Origin: Eledone cirrhosa
Lineage: Eukaryota
Length of the DNA: 64,000 nucleotides
Assembly (NCBI GenBank): GCA_964016885.1
Contig: OZ024742.1
Span: 335,420,001 to 335,484,000 of the forward strand
Direction: 5' to 3'
Below the pieces are notes generated by a model, which saw only the letters and a program-made list of their open reading frames with translations, made no database searches and was not told where the DNA came from. How positions within the stretch are numbered: the stretch's first letter is position 1; each line of letters begins with the position of its first letter. The position numbers and the translations under genes were made by a program. Below are positions 1-15,573 of the stretch, piece by piece.

Positions 1-129
1 TCGATAATTTTACAAGCCGTCAGTTCCGTTGATCGAACGACTTGCGCCCTCATTGTCGAAACTGACACTGGTTCATTTCATTCTAATTCCTCTTCAGAGC
101 CAAGATACATTTAAACCCTGATCAGTTGC

Positions 130-505
130 TGATTTTCTCTCAGGTTCAAATATGGCTTGCGGTGGGATACTGCTCCTCTCTGAGGCTCATGTATGGCTCG
201 CAGTGGAGTACATTTCCCGTTTAAGACTCATGTATGGTCCGTAGTGGATTTGTTCTCTCTAAAGCTCAACTATGATCTATAGTGGAGTATTTCTCAGCTT
301 CGAGTCTCAAGTATGATCTGTAGTTCTCTTCTCTAAGGCTCAAGTGTGATCTGTAGTGAAGTATTTCTCCTCTCTGAAACTCAAGTATGACTTGTAGTGG
401 AGTATGACCCACAATGGAGTACTGCTTCTCCCTAAAACTCAAGTATGACCCATAATAGAATACTGCTCCTTTCTAGGGGTTGTGTATGACCCGCAGTGGA
501 GTAAT
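130..505. repeat. Diverged ~40-45 bp minisatellite (ctctctgaggctcaagtatgacccgcagtggagta-like)
   Basis: Recurrent 'ctcaagtatga...gtagtggagta' about every 40-45 bp. Confidence 0.75.
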
Positions 506-513
506 GTTTGCAT

Positions 514-718
514 AATGGTGGTGATGCTGTGGTTGATGTTGCTGCTGTTCCTGCTGCTGCTGGTGATGATGATGATGGTGATGATGTTAATGATGATGAC
601 GATAATGATGATGATGGTGATGATGGTGGTGATGATGATGATGATAATGAGGGTGATGTTGATGAGGAGGATGATGGTGATGATGTTGATGGATGATGAC
701 GATGATGATGATGATGGC

Positions 719-765
<47 letters not shown>

Positions 766-901
766 GGAGGAGGAGGAGGAGGAGGAGGAGGAGGAGGATG
801 TCGACGATGATGATGATCATTATCATGATCATTATAATGATAATGATCATGATTATGTTGATGTTGATGATGATGATGATGATGATGATGATATTGATGA
901 A
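514..901. repeat. (GAT)n/(GAG)n trinucleotide microsatellite
   Basis: Seen directly. Confidence 0.95.
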
Positions 902-911
902 TTGTGAAACC

Positions 912-962
912 ACGTGGTGTTTGATTCACTATCGTTAGGTCGTGAGTTCGATTCCCTGCACC
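912..962 (+). mobile_element. tRNA-derived SINE head fragment
   Basis: B-box-like 'gagttcgattccc'; resembles the SINE head at 13132. Confidence 0.45.
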
Positions 963-974
963 TTTACAACACAC

Positions 975-3900
975 ATATAACAACATGGTAGCCCACACAC
1001 ACATAACAAAATAGACACATACATACAGCAAAACATACACACACACATAACAAAACAGACACATACACACAACAGACCAGACACACATACACAACAAACC
1101 AGACACACACAGATAACAAAACATACACATATACATAACAAAACATACACACATACATAACAAAACATACACACACACAGATAACAAAACATACACACAT
1201 ACATAACAAAACATACACACACACAAATAACAAAACATACACACATACATAACAAAACAGACACACACACAGATAACAACACATACACACATACATAACA
1301 AAATATACACACACACACACAGATAACAAAACATACACACATACATAACAAAACACACACACACACACAGATAACAAAACATACACACATACATAACAAA
1401 ACATACACACACACAGATAACAAAACATACACACATACATAACAAAACAGACACACACACAGATAACAAAACATACACACATACATAACAAAACATACAC
1501 ACACACAAATAACAAAACATACACACATACATAACAAAACAGACACACACACAGATAACAAAACATACACACATACATAACAAAACACACACACACACAC
1601 AGATAACAAAACATACACACATACATAACAAAACATACACACACACAGATAACAAAACATACACACATACATAACAAAACAGACACACACACAGATAACA
1701 AAACATACACACATACATAACAAAACATACACACACACAAATAACAAAACATACACACATACATAACAAAACAGACACACACACAGATAACAAAACATAC
1801 ACACATACATAACAAAATATACACACACACAGATAACAAAACATACACACATACATAACAAAACACACACACACACACACAGATAACAAAACATACAAAC
1901 ATACATAACAAAACATACACACACACACACACAGATAACAAAACATATACACATACATAACAAAACATACACACACACATATAACAAAACATACACACAT
2001 AGATAACAAAACATACACACACACACACAGATAACAAAACATACACACATACATAACAAAACATACACACACACATATAACAAAACATACACACATACAT
2101 AACAAAATATACACACACACACACAGATAACAAAACATACACACATGCATAACAAAACATACACACACACAGATAACAAAACATACACACATACATAACA
2201 AAACATACACACACACATATAACAAAACATACACACATAGATAACAAAACATACACACACACATATAACAAAACATACACACATACATAACAAAACATAC
2301 ACACACACATATAACAAAACATACACACATACATAACAAAACACACACACACACAGATAACAAAACATACACACATACATAACAAAACATACACACACAC
2401 AGATAACAAAACATACACACATACATAACAAAACATACACACACACATACATAACAAAACATACACACACACAGATAACAAAACATACACACATACATAA
2501 CAAAACATACACACACACAGATAACAAAACATACACACATACATAACAAAACACACACACACACATATAACAAAACATACACACATACATAACAAAACAC
2601 ACACACACACAGATAACAAAACATACACACATACATAACAAAACATACACACACACATACATAACAAAACATACACACACACATATAACAAAACATACAC
2701 ACATACATAACAAAATATACACACACACACACAGATAACAAAACATACACACATACATAACAAAACATACACACACACAGATAACAAAACATACACACAT
2801 ACATAACAAAACATACACACACACATATAACAAAACATACACACATAGATAACAAAACATACACACACACATATAACAAAACATACACACATACATAACA
2901 AAACATACACACACACATATAACAAAACATACACACATACATAACAAAACACACACACACACAGATAACAAAACATACACACATACATAACAAAACATAC
3001 ACACACACAGATAACAAAACATACACACATACATAACAAAACATACACACACACAGATAACAAAACATACACACATACATAACAAAACATACACACACAC
3101 ATACATAACAAAACATACACACACACAGATAACAAAACATACACACATACATAACAAAACATACACACACACAGATAACAAAACATACACACATACATAA
3201 CAAAACATACACACACACACACACAGATAACAAAACATATACACACACAGATAACAAAACATACACACATACATAACAAAACATACACACACACAGATAA
3301 CAAAACATACACACATACATAACAAAACATACACACACACAGATAACAAAACATACACACATACATAACAAAACATACACACACACAGATAACAAAACAT
3401 ACACACATACATAACAAAACAGACACACACACAGATAACAACACATACACACATACATAACAAAATATACACACACACACACAGATAACAAAACATACAC
3501 ACATACATAACAAAACACACACACACACACAGATAACAAAACATACACACATACATAACAAAACATACACACACACAGATAACAAAACATACACACATAC
3601 ATAACAAAACAGACACACACACAGATAACAAAACATACACACATACATAACAAAACATACACACACACAAATAACAAAACATACACACATACATAACAAA
3701 ACAGACACACACACAGATAACAAAACATACACACATACATAACAAAACACACACACACACACAGATAACAAAACATACACACATACATAACAAAACATAC
3801 ACACACACAGATAACAAAACATACACACATACATAACAAAACAGACACACACACAGATAACAAAACATACACACATACATAACAAAACATACACACACAC

Positions 3901-6900
3901 AAATAACAAAACATACACACATACATAACAAAACAGACACACACACAGATAACAAAACATACACACATACATAACAAAATATACACACACACAGATAACA
4001 AAACATACACACATACATAACAAAACACACACACACACACACAGATAACAAAACATACAAACATACATAACAAAACATACACACACACACACACAGATAA
4101 CAAAACATATACACATACATAACAAAACATACACACACACATATAACAAAACATACACACATAGATAACAAAACATACACACACACACACAGATAACAAA
4201 ACATACACACATACATAACAAAACATACACACACACATATAACAAAACATACACACATACATAACAAAATATACACACACACACACAGATAACAAAACAT
4301 ACACACATACATAACAAAACATACACACACACAGATAACAAAACATACACACATACATAACAAAACATACACACACACATATAACAAAACATACACACAT
4401 AGATAACAAAACATACACACACACATATAACAAAACATACACACATACATAACAAAACATACACACACACATATAACAAAACATACACACATACATAACA
4501 AAACACACACACACACAGATAACAAAACATACACACATACATAACAAAACATACACACACACAGATAACAAAACATACACACATACATAACAAAACATAC
4601 ACACACACATACATAACAAAACATACACACACACAGATAACAAAACATACACACATACATAACAAAACATACACACACACAGATAACAAAACATACACAC
4701 ATACATAACAAAACACACACACACACATATAACAAAACATACACACATACATAACAAAACACACACACACACAGATAACAAAACATACACACATACATAA
4801 CAAAACATACACACACACATACATAACAAAACATACACACACACATATAACAAAACATACACACATACATAACAAAATATACACACACACACACAGATAA
4901 CAAAACATACACACATACATAACAAAACATACACACACACAGATAACAAAACATACACACATACATAACAAAACATACACACACACAGATAACAAAACAT
5001 ACACACATACATAACAAAACATACACACACACATACATAACAAAATATACACACACACAGATAACAAAACATACACACATAGATAACAAAACATACACAC
5101 ACACATATAACAAAACATACACACATACATAACAAAACATACACACACACATATAACAAAACATACACACATACATAACAAAACACACACACACACAGAT
5201 AACAAAACATACACACATACATAACAAAACATACACACACACATACATAACAAAATATACACACACACAGATAACAAAACATACACACATACATAACAAA
5301 ACATACACACACACAGATAACAAAACATACACACATACATAACAAAACATACACACACACATATAACAAAACATACACACATAGATAACAAAACATACAC
5401 ACACACATATAACAAAACATACACACATACATAACAAAACATACACACACACATATAACAAAACATACACACATACATAACAAAACACACACACACACAG
5501 ATAACAAAACATACACACATACATAACAAAACATACACACACACAGATAACAAAACATACACACATACATAACAAAACATACACACACACAGATAACAAA
5601 ACATACACACATACATAACAAAACATACACACACACATACATAACAAAACATACACACACACAGATAACAAAACATACACACATACATAACAAAACATAC
5701 ACACACACAGATAACAAAACATACACACATACATAACAAAACATACACACACACACACACAGATAACAAAACATACACACATACATAACAAAACATACAC
5801 ACACACAGATAACAAAACATACACACATACATAACAAAACATACACACACACACACACAGATAACAAAACATACACACATACATAACAAAACATACACAC
5901 ACACAGATAACAAAACATACACACATACATAACAAAACATACACACACACATACATAACAAAACATACACACACACAGATAACAAAACATACACACATAC
6001 ATAACAAAACATACACACACACAGATAACAAAACATACACACATACATAACAAAACATACACACACACACACACAGATAACAAAACATACACACATACAT
6101 AACAAAACATACACACACACAGATAACAAAACATACACACATACATAACAAAACATACACACATACATAACAAAACATACACACACACAGATAACAAAAC
6201 ATACACACATACATAACAAAACATACACACACACAGATAACAAAACATACACACATACATAACAAAACATACACACACACACACACAGATAACAAAACAT
6301 ATACACATACATAACAAAACATACACACACACAGATAACAAAACATACACACATACATAACAAAACATACACACACACAGATAACAAAACATACACACAT
6401 ACATAACAAAACATACACACACACAGATAACAAAACATACACACATACATAACAAAACATACACACACACAGATAACAAAACATACACACATACATAACA
6501 AAACATACACACACACAGATAACAAAACATACACACATACATAACAAAACATACACACACACACACACAGATAACAAAACATATACACATACATAACAAA
6601 ACATACACACACACAGATAACAAAACATACACACATACATAACAAAACATACACACACACAGATAACAAAACATACACACATACATAACAAAACATACAC
6701 ACACACAGATAACAAAACATACACACATACATAACAAAACATACACACACACAGATAACAAAACATACACACATACATAACAAAACACACACACACACAG
6801 ATAACAAAACATACACACATACATAACAAAACATACACACACACAGATAACAAAACATACACACATACATAACAAAACATACACACACACAGATAACAAA

Positions 6901-9762
6901 ACATACACACATACATAACAAAACACACACACACACAGATAACAAAACATACACACATACATAACAAAACATACACACACACAGATAACAAAACATACAC
7001 ACATACATAACAAAACATACACACACACAGATAACAAAACATACACACATACATAACAAAACACACACACACACAGATAACAAAACATACACACATACAT
7101 AACAAAACATACACACACACAGATAACAAAACATACACACATACATAACAAAACATACACACACACAGATAACAAAACATACACACATACATAACAAAAC
7201 ATACACACACACAGATAACAAAACATACACACATACATAACAAAACATACACACACACAGATAACAAAACATACACACACAGATAACAAAACATACACAC
7301 ATACATAACAAAACATACACACACACAGATAACAAAACATACACACACAGATAACAAAACATACACACACAGATAACAAAACATACACACATACATAACA
7401 AAACATACACACACACAGATAACAAAACATACACACACAGATAACAAAACATACACACACACAGATAACAAAACATACACACATACATAACAAAACATAC
7501 ACACACACAGATAACAAAACATACACACATACATAACAAAATATACACACACACAGATAACAAAACATACACACATACATAACAAAACATACACACACAC
7601 AGATAACAAAACATACACACATACATAACAAAACATACACACACACAGATAACAAAACATACACACATACATAACAAAACATACACACACACAGATAACA
7701 AAACATACACACATACATAACAAAACATACACACACACAGATAACAAAACATACACACACAGATAACAAAACATACACACATACATAACAAAACATACAC
7801 ACACACAGATAACAAAACATACACACACAGATAACAAAACATACACACACAGATAACAAAACATACACACATACATAACAAAACATACACACACACAGAT
7901 AACAAAACATACACACACAGATAACAAAACATACACACACACAGATAACAAAACATACACACATACATAACAAAACATACACACACACAGATAACAAAAC
8001 ATACACACATACATAACAAAATATACACACACACAGATAACAAAACATACACACATACATAACAAAACATACACACACACAGATAACAAAACATACACAC
8101 ATACATAACAAAACATACACACACACAGATAACAAAACATACACACATACATAACAAAACATACACACACACAGATAACAAAACATACACACATACATAA
8201 CAAAACATACACACACACAGATAACAAAACATACACACATACATAACAAAACATACACACACACAGATAACAAAACATACACACATACATAACAAAACAT
8301 ACACACACACAGATAACAAAACATACACACATACATAACAAAACATACACACACACAGATAACAAAACATACACACATACATAACAAAACATACACACAC
8401 ACAGATAACAAAACATACACACACAGATAACAAAACATACACACATACATAACAAAACATACACACACACAGATAACAAAACATACACACACAGATAACA
8501 AAACATACACACACAGATAACAAAACATACACACATACATAACAAAACATACACACACACAGATAACAAAACATACACACATACATAACAAAATATACAC
8601 ACACACAGATAACAAAACATACACACACACAGATAACAAAACATACACACATACATAACAAAACATACACACATACATAACAAAACATACACACACACAG
8701 ATAACAAAACATACACACACAGATAACAAAACATACACACATACATAACAAAACATACACACACACAGATAACAAAACATACACACACAGATAACAAAAC
8801 ATACACACACAGATAACAAAACATACACACACACAGATAACAAAACATACACACATACATAACAAAACATACACACACACAGATAACAAAACATACACAC
8901 ACAGATAACAAAACATACACACACACAGATAACAAAACATACACACATACATAACAAAACATACACACACACAGATAACAAAACATACACACATACATAA
9001 CAAAACATACACACACACAGATAACAAAACATACACACATACATAACAAAACATACACACATACATAACAAAACATACACACACACAGATAACAAAACAT
9101 ACACACACACAGATAACAAAACATACACACATACATAACAAAACATACACACACACAGATAACAAAACATACACACATACATAACAAAACATACACACAC
9201 ACATATAACAAAACATACACACATACATAACAAAACATACACACACACAGATAACAAAACATACACACATACATAACAAAACATACACACATACATAACA
9301 AAACATACACACACACAGATAACAAAACATACACACACACATATAACAAAACATACACACACACAGATAACAAAACATACACACACAGATAACAAAACAT
9401 ACACACACAGATAACAAAACATACACACACACAGATAACAAAACATACACACACACAGATAACAAAACATACACACATACATAACAAAACATACACACAT
9501 ACATAACAAAACATACACACACACAGATAACAAAACATACACACACACATATAACAAAACATACACACACACAGATAACAAAACATACACACACAGATAA
9601 CAAAACATACACACACAGATAACAAAACATACACACACACAGATAACAAAACATACACACACACAGATAACAAAACATACACACACACATATAACAAAAC
9701 ATACACACACACAGATAACAAAACATACACACACACATATAACAAAACATACACACATACAC
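975..9762. repeat. Satellite of 20-28 bp units ATAACAAAACAT(AC)n(AG/AT) with 2162-bp and 480-bp higher-order duplications
   Basis: Rare variants recur at +2162 (1275/3437, 1891/4053); lines 7201-7680 repeat at 7681-8160. Confidence 0.95.
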
Positions 9763-9942
9763 ATGCATGCAAGGCGCCAAAGGCAACAAGCTAAAGAAAA
9801 AGTTCACATAAGTATACATCCATGAATACGTTAGTCTATACACACACATATATATATATATATATATACACACACATATATATATATACACAAATAATTA
9901 TACACACATAAGTATATCAAGAGAAATAAAACTGTTGTTGTC

Positions 9943-9991
<49 letters not shown>

Positions 9992-10189
9992 GAGGGTGTG
10001 TGTGTGTCCTCATTTTTGCAAAGTCTATACAAATCCACATTTCTACTCCGATTGACTTCAAACTTGCATTTATATATTCCTTGCGGTCTAAAGATACTAA
10101 TTGCAGCTTTTATTTTTCAATTTTCTGTTGTTAAAGGGGTGTCAGGCGCCGGTTATTGATCTCCGTCGAGCGCTTATAATTGTTTCTAC

Positions 10190-10367
10190 GTTAGGCACAA
10201 GGCCAGCAATTACTCAGTGTATTACTGGTACTTTATTTTATCGACCCCGTGAGGATGAAAGTCAAAGTTAACTTTGGCGGGATTTGAACTCAGAATGGCA
10301 ATGGCCGTAAATCTATACGTCAAAGCATGGTGTCCGACATCCTACCAATACTGCCAATCCACCGCCT
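10190..10367 (-). mobile_element. tRNA-derived SINE (cephalopod-type, Nin/Deu-like central domain)
   Basis: Minus strand: ggcggtggattggcag (A box), gagttcaaatccc (B box), ctttcatcctcacggggtcgataaa; same family as 35966-36315. Confidence 0.8.
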
Positions 10368-10573
10368 TATAAAAACCTTTGAGCCCTTATAATATCTGTC
10401 TGTATGTCTGACTGTTTTCATAACGACATTCTGACGAACATGTCATTGCTGACGTATTATCTTCGATACACATACACACGCACACACACATATATATATA
10501 TACATATATACTTATATGTACATATATATATATATATATACACATATATACATATACACACACATATATACAC

Positions 10574-10616
<43 letters not shown>

Positions 10617-10694
10617 AACACATATACATACATATATATATATACACACATATGCATATATATAAATATACACATAAAAAATATGTATATATAT

Positions 10695-10749
<55 letters not shown>

Positions 10750-10790
10750 CATACACACACACATACATATATATATATATGTGTATCTGA

Positions 10791-10847
<57 letters not shown>

Positions 10848-11520
10848 GATACATTGTAGGTCGATTTAGCCCGTCTTTTATTATTCAAAAAACTTCTTGC
10901 CAATAAACATTAACCCTTTGTGCGCCATTCATCTAACTGTAGACCAACAAATACCAAGTAAACGGGGCGCGTTGACAAGAACGATGGTGAATGAATCTTC
11001 GAGGTAAGCAGTTTCCTCCCGAGCTGTTAGTTCACGCGGGATTCTCTGCTACACCTTTTCGTAATAATACCGAACAACGTAATGCTGGTCACTCCTTCCT
11101 CCAAAAGCCGTACAAAGCGGACATGTGCATCGGGCGCAAATCTACACCAGGCCTACGCGAGAAATTCGCAAGGGACTGCACCGAGAGGGATAGAGAGAAA
11201 GAGTAACTTGCTGGAAAGAGCGCGAATGAACTTTTGAGGTAACTAGCCTACACCTTACTGCTATTGCACTGGAACCTTCTGCCAACTTAACCTGTGACTT
11301 TCTCTTTCACATTTACTCCAAAAGGCCAAAACAGAGGAGTATGAAAAGAAGGGGCTCAACAATATTTCTATGAACAATGTACGTAGACAGCTAAACTGTA
11401 CTTTCAACTCCTTAATTTTCTCCAAATAAAACAAGTTTCCTGTTGGTATATTTTCGTGAGTTTTTAACAGGCACTCACAAATAAACGTTTCTCATTGGAG
11501 GTGCTATTACCAATGTTCTT

Positions 11521-11549
11521 ACCCGTGCAACGCCGGGATACACTGCTAG
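11521..11549 (+). mobile_element. Possible Helitron 3' terminus
   Basis: GC hairpin cccg-tgcaacgc-cggg followed 8 nt later by CTAG. Confidence 0.45.
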
Positions 11550-12076
11550 ATACACACAGAGGTATCCACAGTAAGTTGTGGGGTCTATTCTGCATGAAGA
11601 ACTCGATGTAATCCACATGTTGAAAATGTTGTAGGTTAAGATAAATCTCGGAAAACAATAAAAAATTAAAAGGAAAATTTCCTCCAAATAATGACATGAT
11701 ACTAACATACTACTAATTCTGAATAAAATTATTATTGCTTTTGAAAACAGCTGGTGATATGCATGTAAGTAAATATTCTCTTTATCTGATATTTTGTAAC
11801 TAATCTTACATAGATCAATAACGGAGTATAGCTACAATTTATTATCATCATCTAGAAACGATCGTAAAGCAATGAAGTATATCTCTAATGACTTGATTTT
11901 TTATTTCATTGTTTTAACTTATATATATAAAGAGAGATAGATATAAACACAAGTGTGTCTCTAATGCTTAATTATAATTAATTGTATCTCCAGGGTGTAT
12001 GTTAGAGGTAAACAGTCGACCTCGTAAATACATAGGATATATATATATATATTATATATATATATGTATGTGTGTT

Positions 12077-12109
<33 letters not shown>

Positions 12110-12111
12110 GG

Positions 12112-12144
<33 letters not shown>

Positions 12145-12166
12145 TGTATGTATGTATGTATGTATG

Positions 12167-12198
<32 letters not shown>

Positions 12199-12252
12199 AG
12201 GTAAACAGAAATAACAACACAATCGGTATAGTATATGGAAGGAATATATATG

Positions 12253-12322
<70 letters not shown>

Positions 12323-12409
12323 GGAAAAATTTGAACAGGGACAAAACAGAGAGGCAGTACAACGAATGTTTATTAATTTCACGCTCTGGAGAGTGGGGTG
12401 TTGGTGGGG

Positions 12410-12441
12410 GACGACGTTTCGGGCATAAGCCCTTCCTCAGG
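12410..12441 (-). ncRNA. Hammerhead-like core, stem I not evident, in a probable Penelope 3' end (about 12321-12990)
   Basis: CUGAGGA-A-GGGC-uuau-GCCC-GAAAC-guc-GUC; AATAAA downstream, then (TA)n. Confidence 0.5.
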
Positions 12442-13131
12442 TGAGAAGTGTGTGGGAACAGAGTTCAAAGGGTGTGTAGGGGAGTGGTGGAGAGACATAT
12501 AGCGAAAGGAAACGGTGCGAATGAAAAAATAAAAAATAAAGATAAAAATAAAAATAAAGCATGATCAAAATACAAGGAATGAAATAAATTTAAATATAAA
12601 AGCATGATCAAAATAAACTGAAATTAAAAGGGGGGTAAAACAGGTGGTGGAAGGGTGTGGGTGTGTAGGGGTGGTGGCGGGTGGAGTGGGGAGAGGGAGA
12701 CGGGGTGTCCGAGCGGGGAGGGCTGAAGGTGGTGTGTGTGTGTAGGTGTACGTGTGTGTGTGTGTGTGTGTGTATGTGAAAGTAAGGGTTGGGGGAAGAA
12801 CGGAGTTGCATGTTCAGGAAGAGGTGTGTGTGTGGGGTGGGGGTTGTGGGTCGGAGTGTCTGTGCGTGTGTGGATAGAGGGGTGGGGGGAGAGGAATCAG
12901 GAGGCTGAGGGTGTAAATATGTGGTGGAAAGCACGTGTGTGTGGGGTTTAAGCGTGTTGTGGGTGTAGGTGGCGTGTGGAGAAAAAAAAAATATATATAT
13001 ATATATATAAAGAATTAGTATATCTACCAACATATATATACAGATGTATACCTATGCGAGCAAATATATAGGTTTTGTCTTGGTAACTTTGTGGTTCAAT
13101 GCAAGGGGATGCAGAACAATTATATGAAAAA

Positions 13132-13255
13132 CGTGTGGCTGAGTGGTTAGAGAATTGGATTCGCAATCGTAAGGTTGTGAGTTCGATTCCTGGACCAGGC
13201 GATGCGTTATGTCCTTGAGCAAGACACTTTATTTCACGTTGCTCCTTCTACCTGG
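13132..13255 (+). mobile_element. tRNA-derived SINE with V/CORE-like body
   Basis: A box tggctgagtgg, B box gagttcgattcc, then gtccttgagcaagacactt. Confidence 0.8.
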
Positions 13256-13381
13256 AGTTGCGACCGATAGATAGTATTAGCAATTGGAAAGACCAACGGA
13301 AACATTGTTCCCTCGGTCCGATTTGACGAAAGTCGATCGCCTATTAATATATATATATGTATGTATGTATGTATATATATA

Positions 13382-13414
<33 letters not shown>

Positions 13415-13435
13415 ATATGTATATATAGATAAATA

Positions 13436-13636
13436 TACACGGGTGTGTATGATTGTGTATAGAAGATTATATTAATAAAAGGAATTCCAACTTTGTCTGA
13501 TTTACTCGTTTTATTTACAATCCTTTAAAATTTATAATTTATAAATTTAAAATTTATAAGTGTTAATTGAACAAGTACTTTCATGCTTTCGCAATCTTCA
13601 GGTTCATATTCTGTGGTGACAGTCAAATTTGCAATT
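13436..13636 (-). mobile_element. Penelope-like pLTR fragment with minimal HHR (13568-13606)
   Basis: Near-identical to the arms at 36961 and 46006; UGAAC-CUGAAGA-uugc-GAAA-gcau-gaaa-guac-UU-GUUCA. Confidence 0.75.
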
Positions 13637-13806
13637 ATATGCATGTGGTAGAGAATGTAAATCAGCAGGAGGGCTCAAACGACATACAAAAGTACATGAA
13701 CTCCAGCCACAACCGGCTATTCCCAGTGAATATTTTGGTTGCCGACTCTGTGCAAGACATTTTAGATCATTGGCTGGGCTAAAAAGCCACATTCGATCGC
13801 AGCGAT
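13637..13806 (+). mobile_element. RTE-type LINE 3' fragment encoding two C2H2-like zinc fingers
   Basis: ACGRECKSAGGLKRHTKVH...CRLCARHFRSLAGLKSHIR; SLAGLKSH also encoded in the 41161-42320 repeats. Confidence 0.6.
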
Positions 13807-14165
13807 GTGAATTGCTATCGTGTGTGTGTGTGTATGGATGTGTTTATGTGTGTGCGTGTGTGTGTATATATATATATGTATATTATTATGGTTGTTGTTG
13901 TCGTTATTATTATTGTTGTTATTATTATTATTATTATTGTTATTATTATGTTTTTTGTTTTTTTTTCTCGTGCAATGGCCATAATCGATAACGAGGGGAC
14001 AGCCATCATGTGTATATATATTGAAGAGTTAAACAAAATTCAATGAGTATATCAAAGAATGAGTTTTACAGTAGATTGGAAGCACTCAACGGTTAAATAA
14101 TTTTCCGGAGTTATTAATATTAGAATATAAATATTAATAAAATAGATGTTCTTTTGATCAATTAC

Positions 14166-14218
14166 ATTTTATTATACATATTTCGGATGTACAACAGTAC
14201 GTCCTCATCAGACAAAAT
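14166..14218 (-). ncRNA. Type I hammerhead ribozyme
   Basis: AUUUUGU-CUGAUGA-GGACGUAC/GUACAUCC-GAAA-uaugua-UA-AUAAAAU. Confidence 0.7.
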
Positions 14219-15148
14219 ATAATGATATATGAGATACCCTGAGATGTTAAATGGTTAAGATTTAAACAAGGTAGTGATTAACCTAAGAAAAAATTTAACA
14301 TTTATACCCTAATAATGAGAAAATGCGAAAATGTAATAAATTCAATAGAGAATGTGTGAGTAAGAAAAACGTTGCTTAATGTACCGGTTATCGAGATTTT
14401 AACATGTATGATACTACAATTTATCTAGGAAAGCATTTCATGAATTATAACAGTCAGTAATGTATGCAGAAGGAGATTTTTTTTCCGAAAATTAAACGGT
14501 TAAGTTTGAAAATATTTAATTTATGTTATCTTATGGTGAAGAATCAATATTTTAGGGGTTTTTTTTAAATTGGTGGTTATTTATATATTAGTTTAGTAAA
14601 TTTTATAAGTGTGTTAACATTTCTAAGCTTCTGAATTTTTTGATGATAAGATTAAAAGGGTTTAGGTAGCCATTATTAAGGAAAGTTTACACTGTTGAAT
14701 ATTTTCCTAAATGTAATCTTTAATGAAGTTAGTTATTGTCAACGTATTAGGTATATAAAGCTTTTGAAGTACTTATTGTTATAAAATTTAAATAGCGGTT
14801 ATGTATATATATATATATTAATTAATTAATGAGCCAGTATATTTTAGGTAAATGATAATGAAAATAAAAAAATAGGTTGAGGCATGTTAAAACTAAATAT
14901 ATACCCATATATAACCGTGTGTACATGTATTAATTATTCCTAGCTCAAAGTAAAAACAATCAAAAAATTTAGAAGTTAACTGAAAATTATGTATATAAAG
15001 ATACTTGGGAGTTATATATGGATATATTTTATATTATGTATTAGTGATACAGTATACTTTAGGTAAATGATAATGGTTATAATTTTATATAATAAAGTTC
15101 TACGTGTTAAAGTTAAATATATATATATATATAAGAAAAACATATATA

Positions 15149-15547
15149 TAAGAAAAACAATAATAAATGCATGGATAATTCATAGTTCGAAATAATGTTT
15201 ATAATAATTTGTAATTTGGATATTTGCTCTATATTTGAATCATGGATATAAGAATGCGGTAGGTATATTTAAGAACATAGAAAATATAATTACATACACA
15301 TTATAAATTTTTAAATTGTGTATCCAACCCTTACATCTTTATTGAACTTATTTATAACTGTGAATTTTTCAAGCATTTCTGATCTCTTATTTATAACGTG
15401 TATGTAATTATATTTCCTATGTTTTTAAATATACCTACCGCATTCTTATATCCATGATTCAAATATAGAGCAAATATCCAAATTACAAATTATTATAAAC
15501 ATTATTTCGAACTATGAATTATCCATGCATTTATTATTGTTTTTCGT
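15149..15547. repeat. ~160-bp inverted repeat with ~80-bp spacer in (TA)n
   Basis: 15149-15309 is the reverse complement of 15390-15547 with few mismatches. Confidence 0.85.
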
Positions 15548-15573
15548 ATATATATATATATTTAACTTTAACA

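Noticed and set aside
975-9762. CRISPR-like repeat/spacer periodicity
   Set aside because: The spacers are only (CA)n length variants, the context is eukaryotic and there are no cas genes
432-9891. Three ~3000-aa Cys/Val/Tyr-rich ORFs
   Set aside because: All three minus frames are open because the satellite lacks stop triplets; no coding signal
10426-10470. CUGACGA hammerhead-like start
   Set aside because: No GAAA and no supporting stems
13132-13205. tRNA gene
   Set aside because: Continues into a SINE body; no proper acceptor stem
13629-13991. Host C2H2 zinc-finger gene exon
   Set aside because: No TGEKP linkers or splice context; matches an RTE C-terminus and ends in microsatellite
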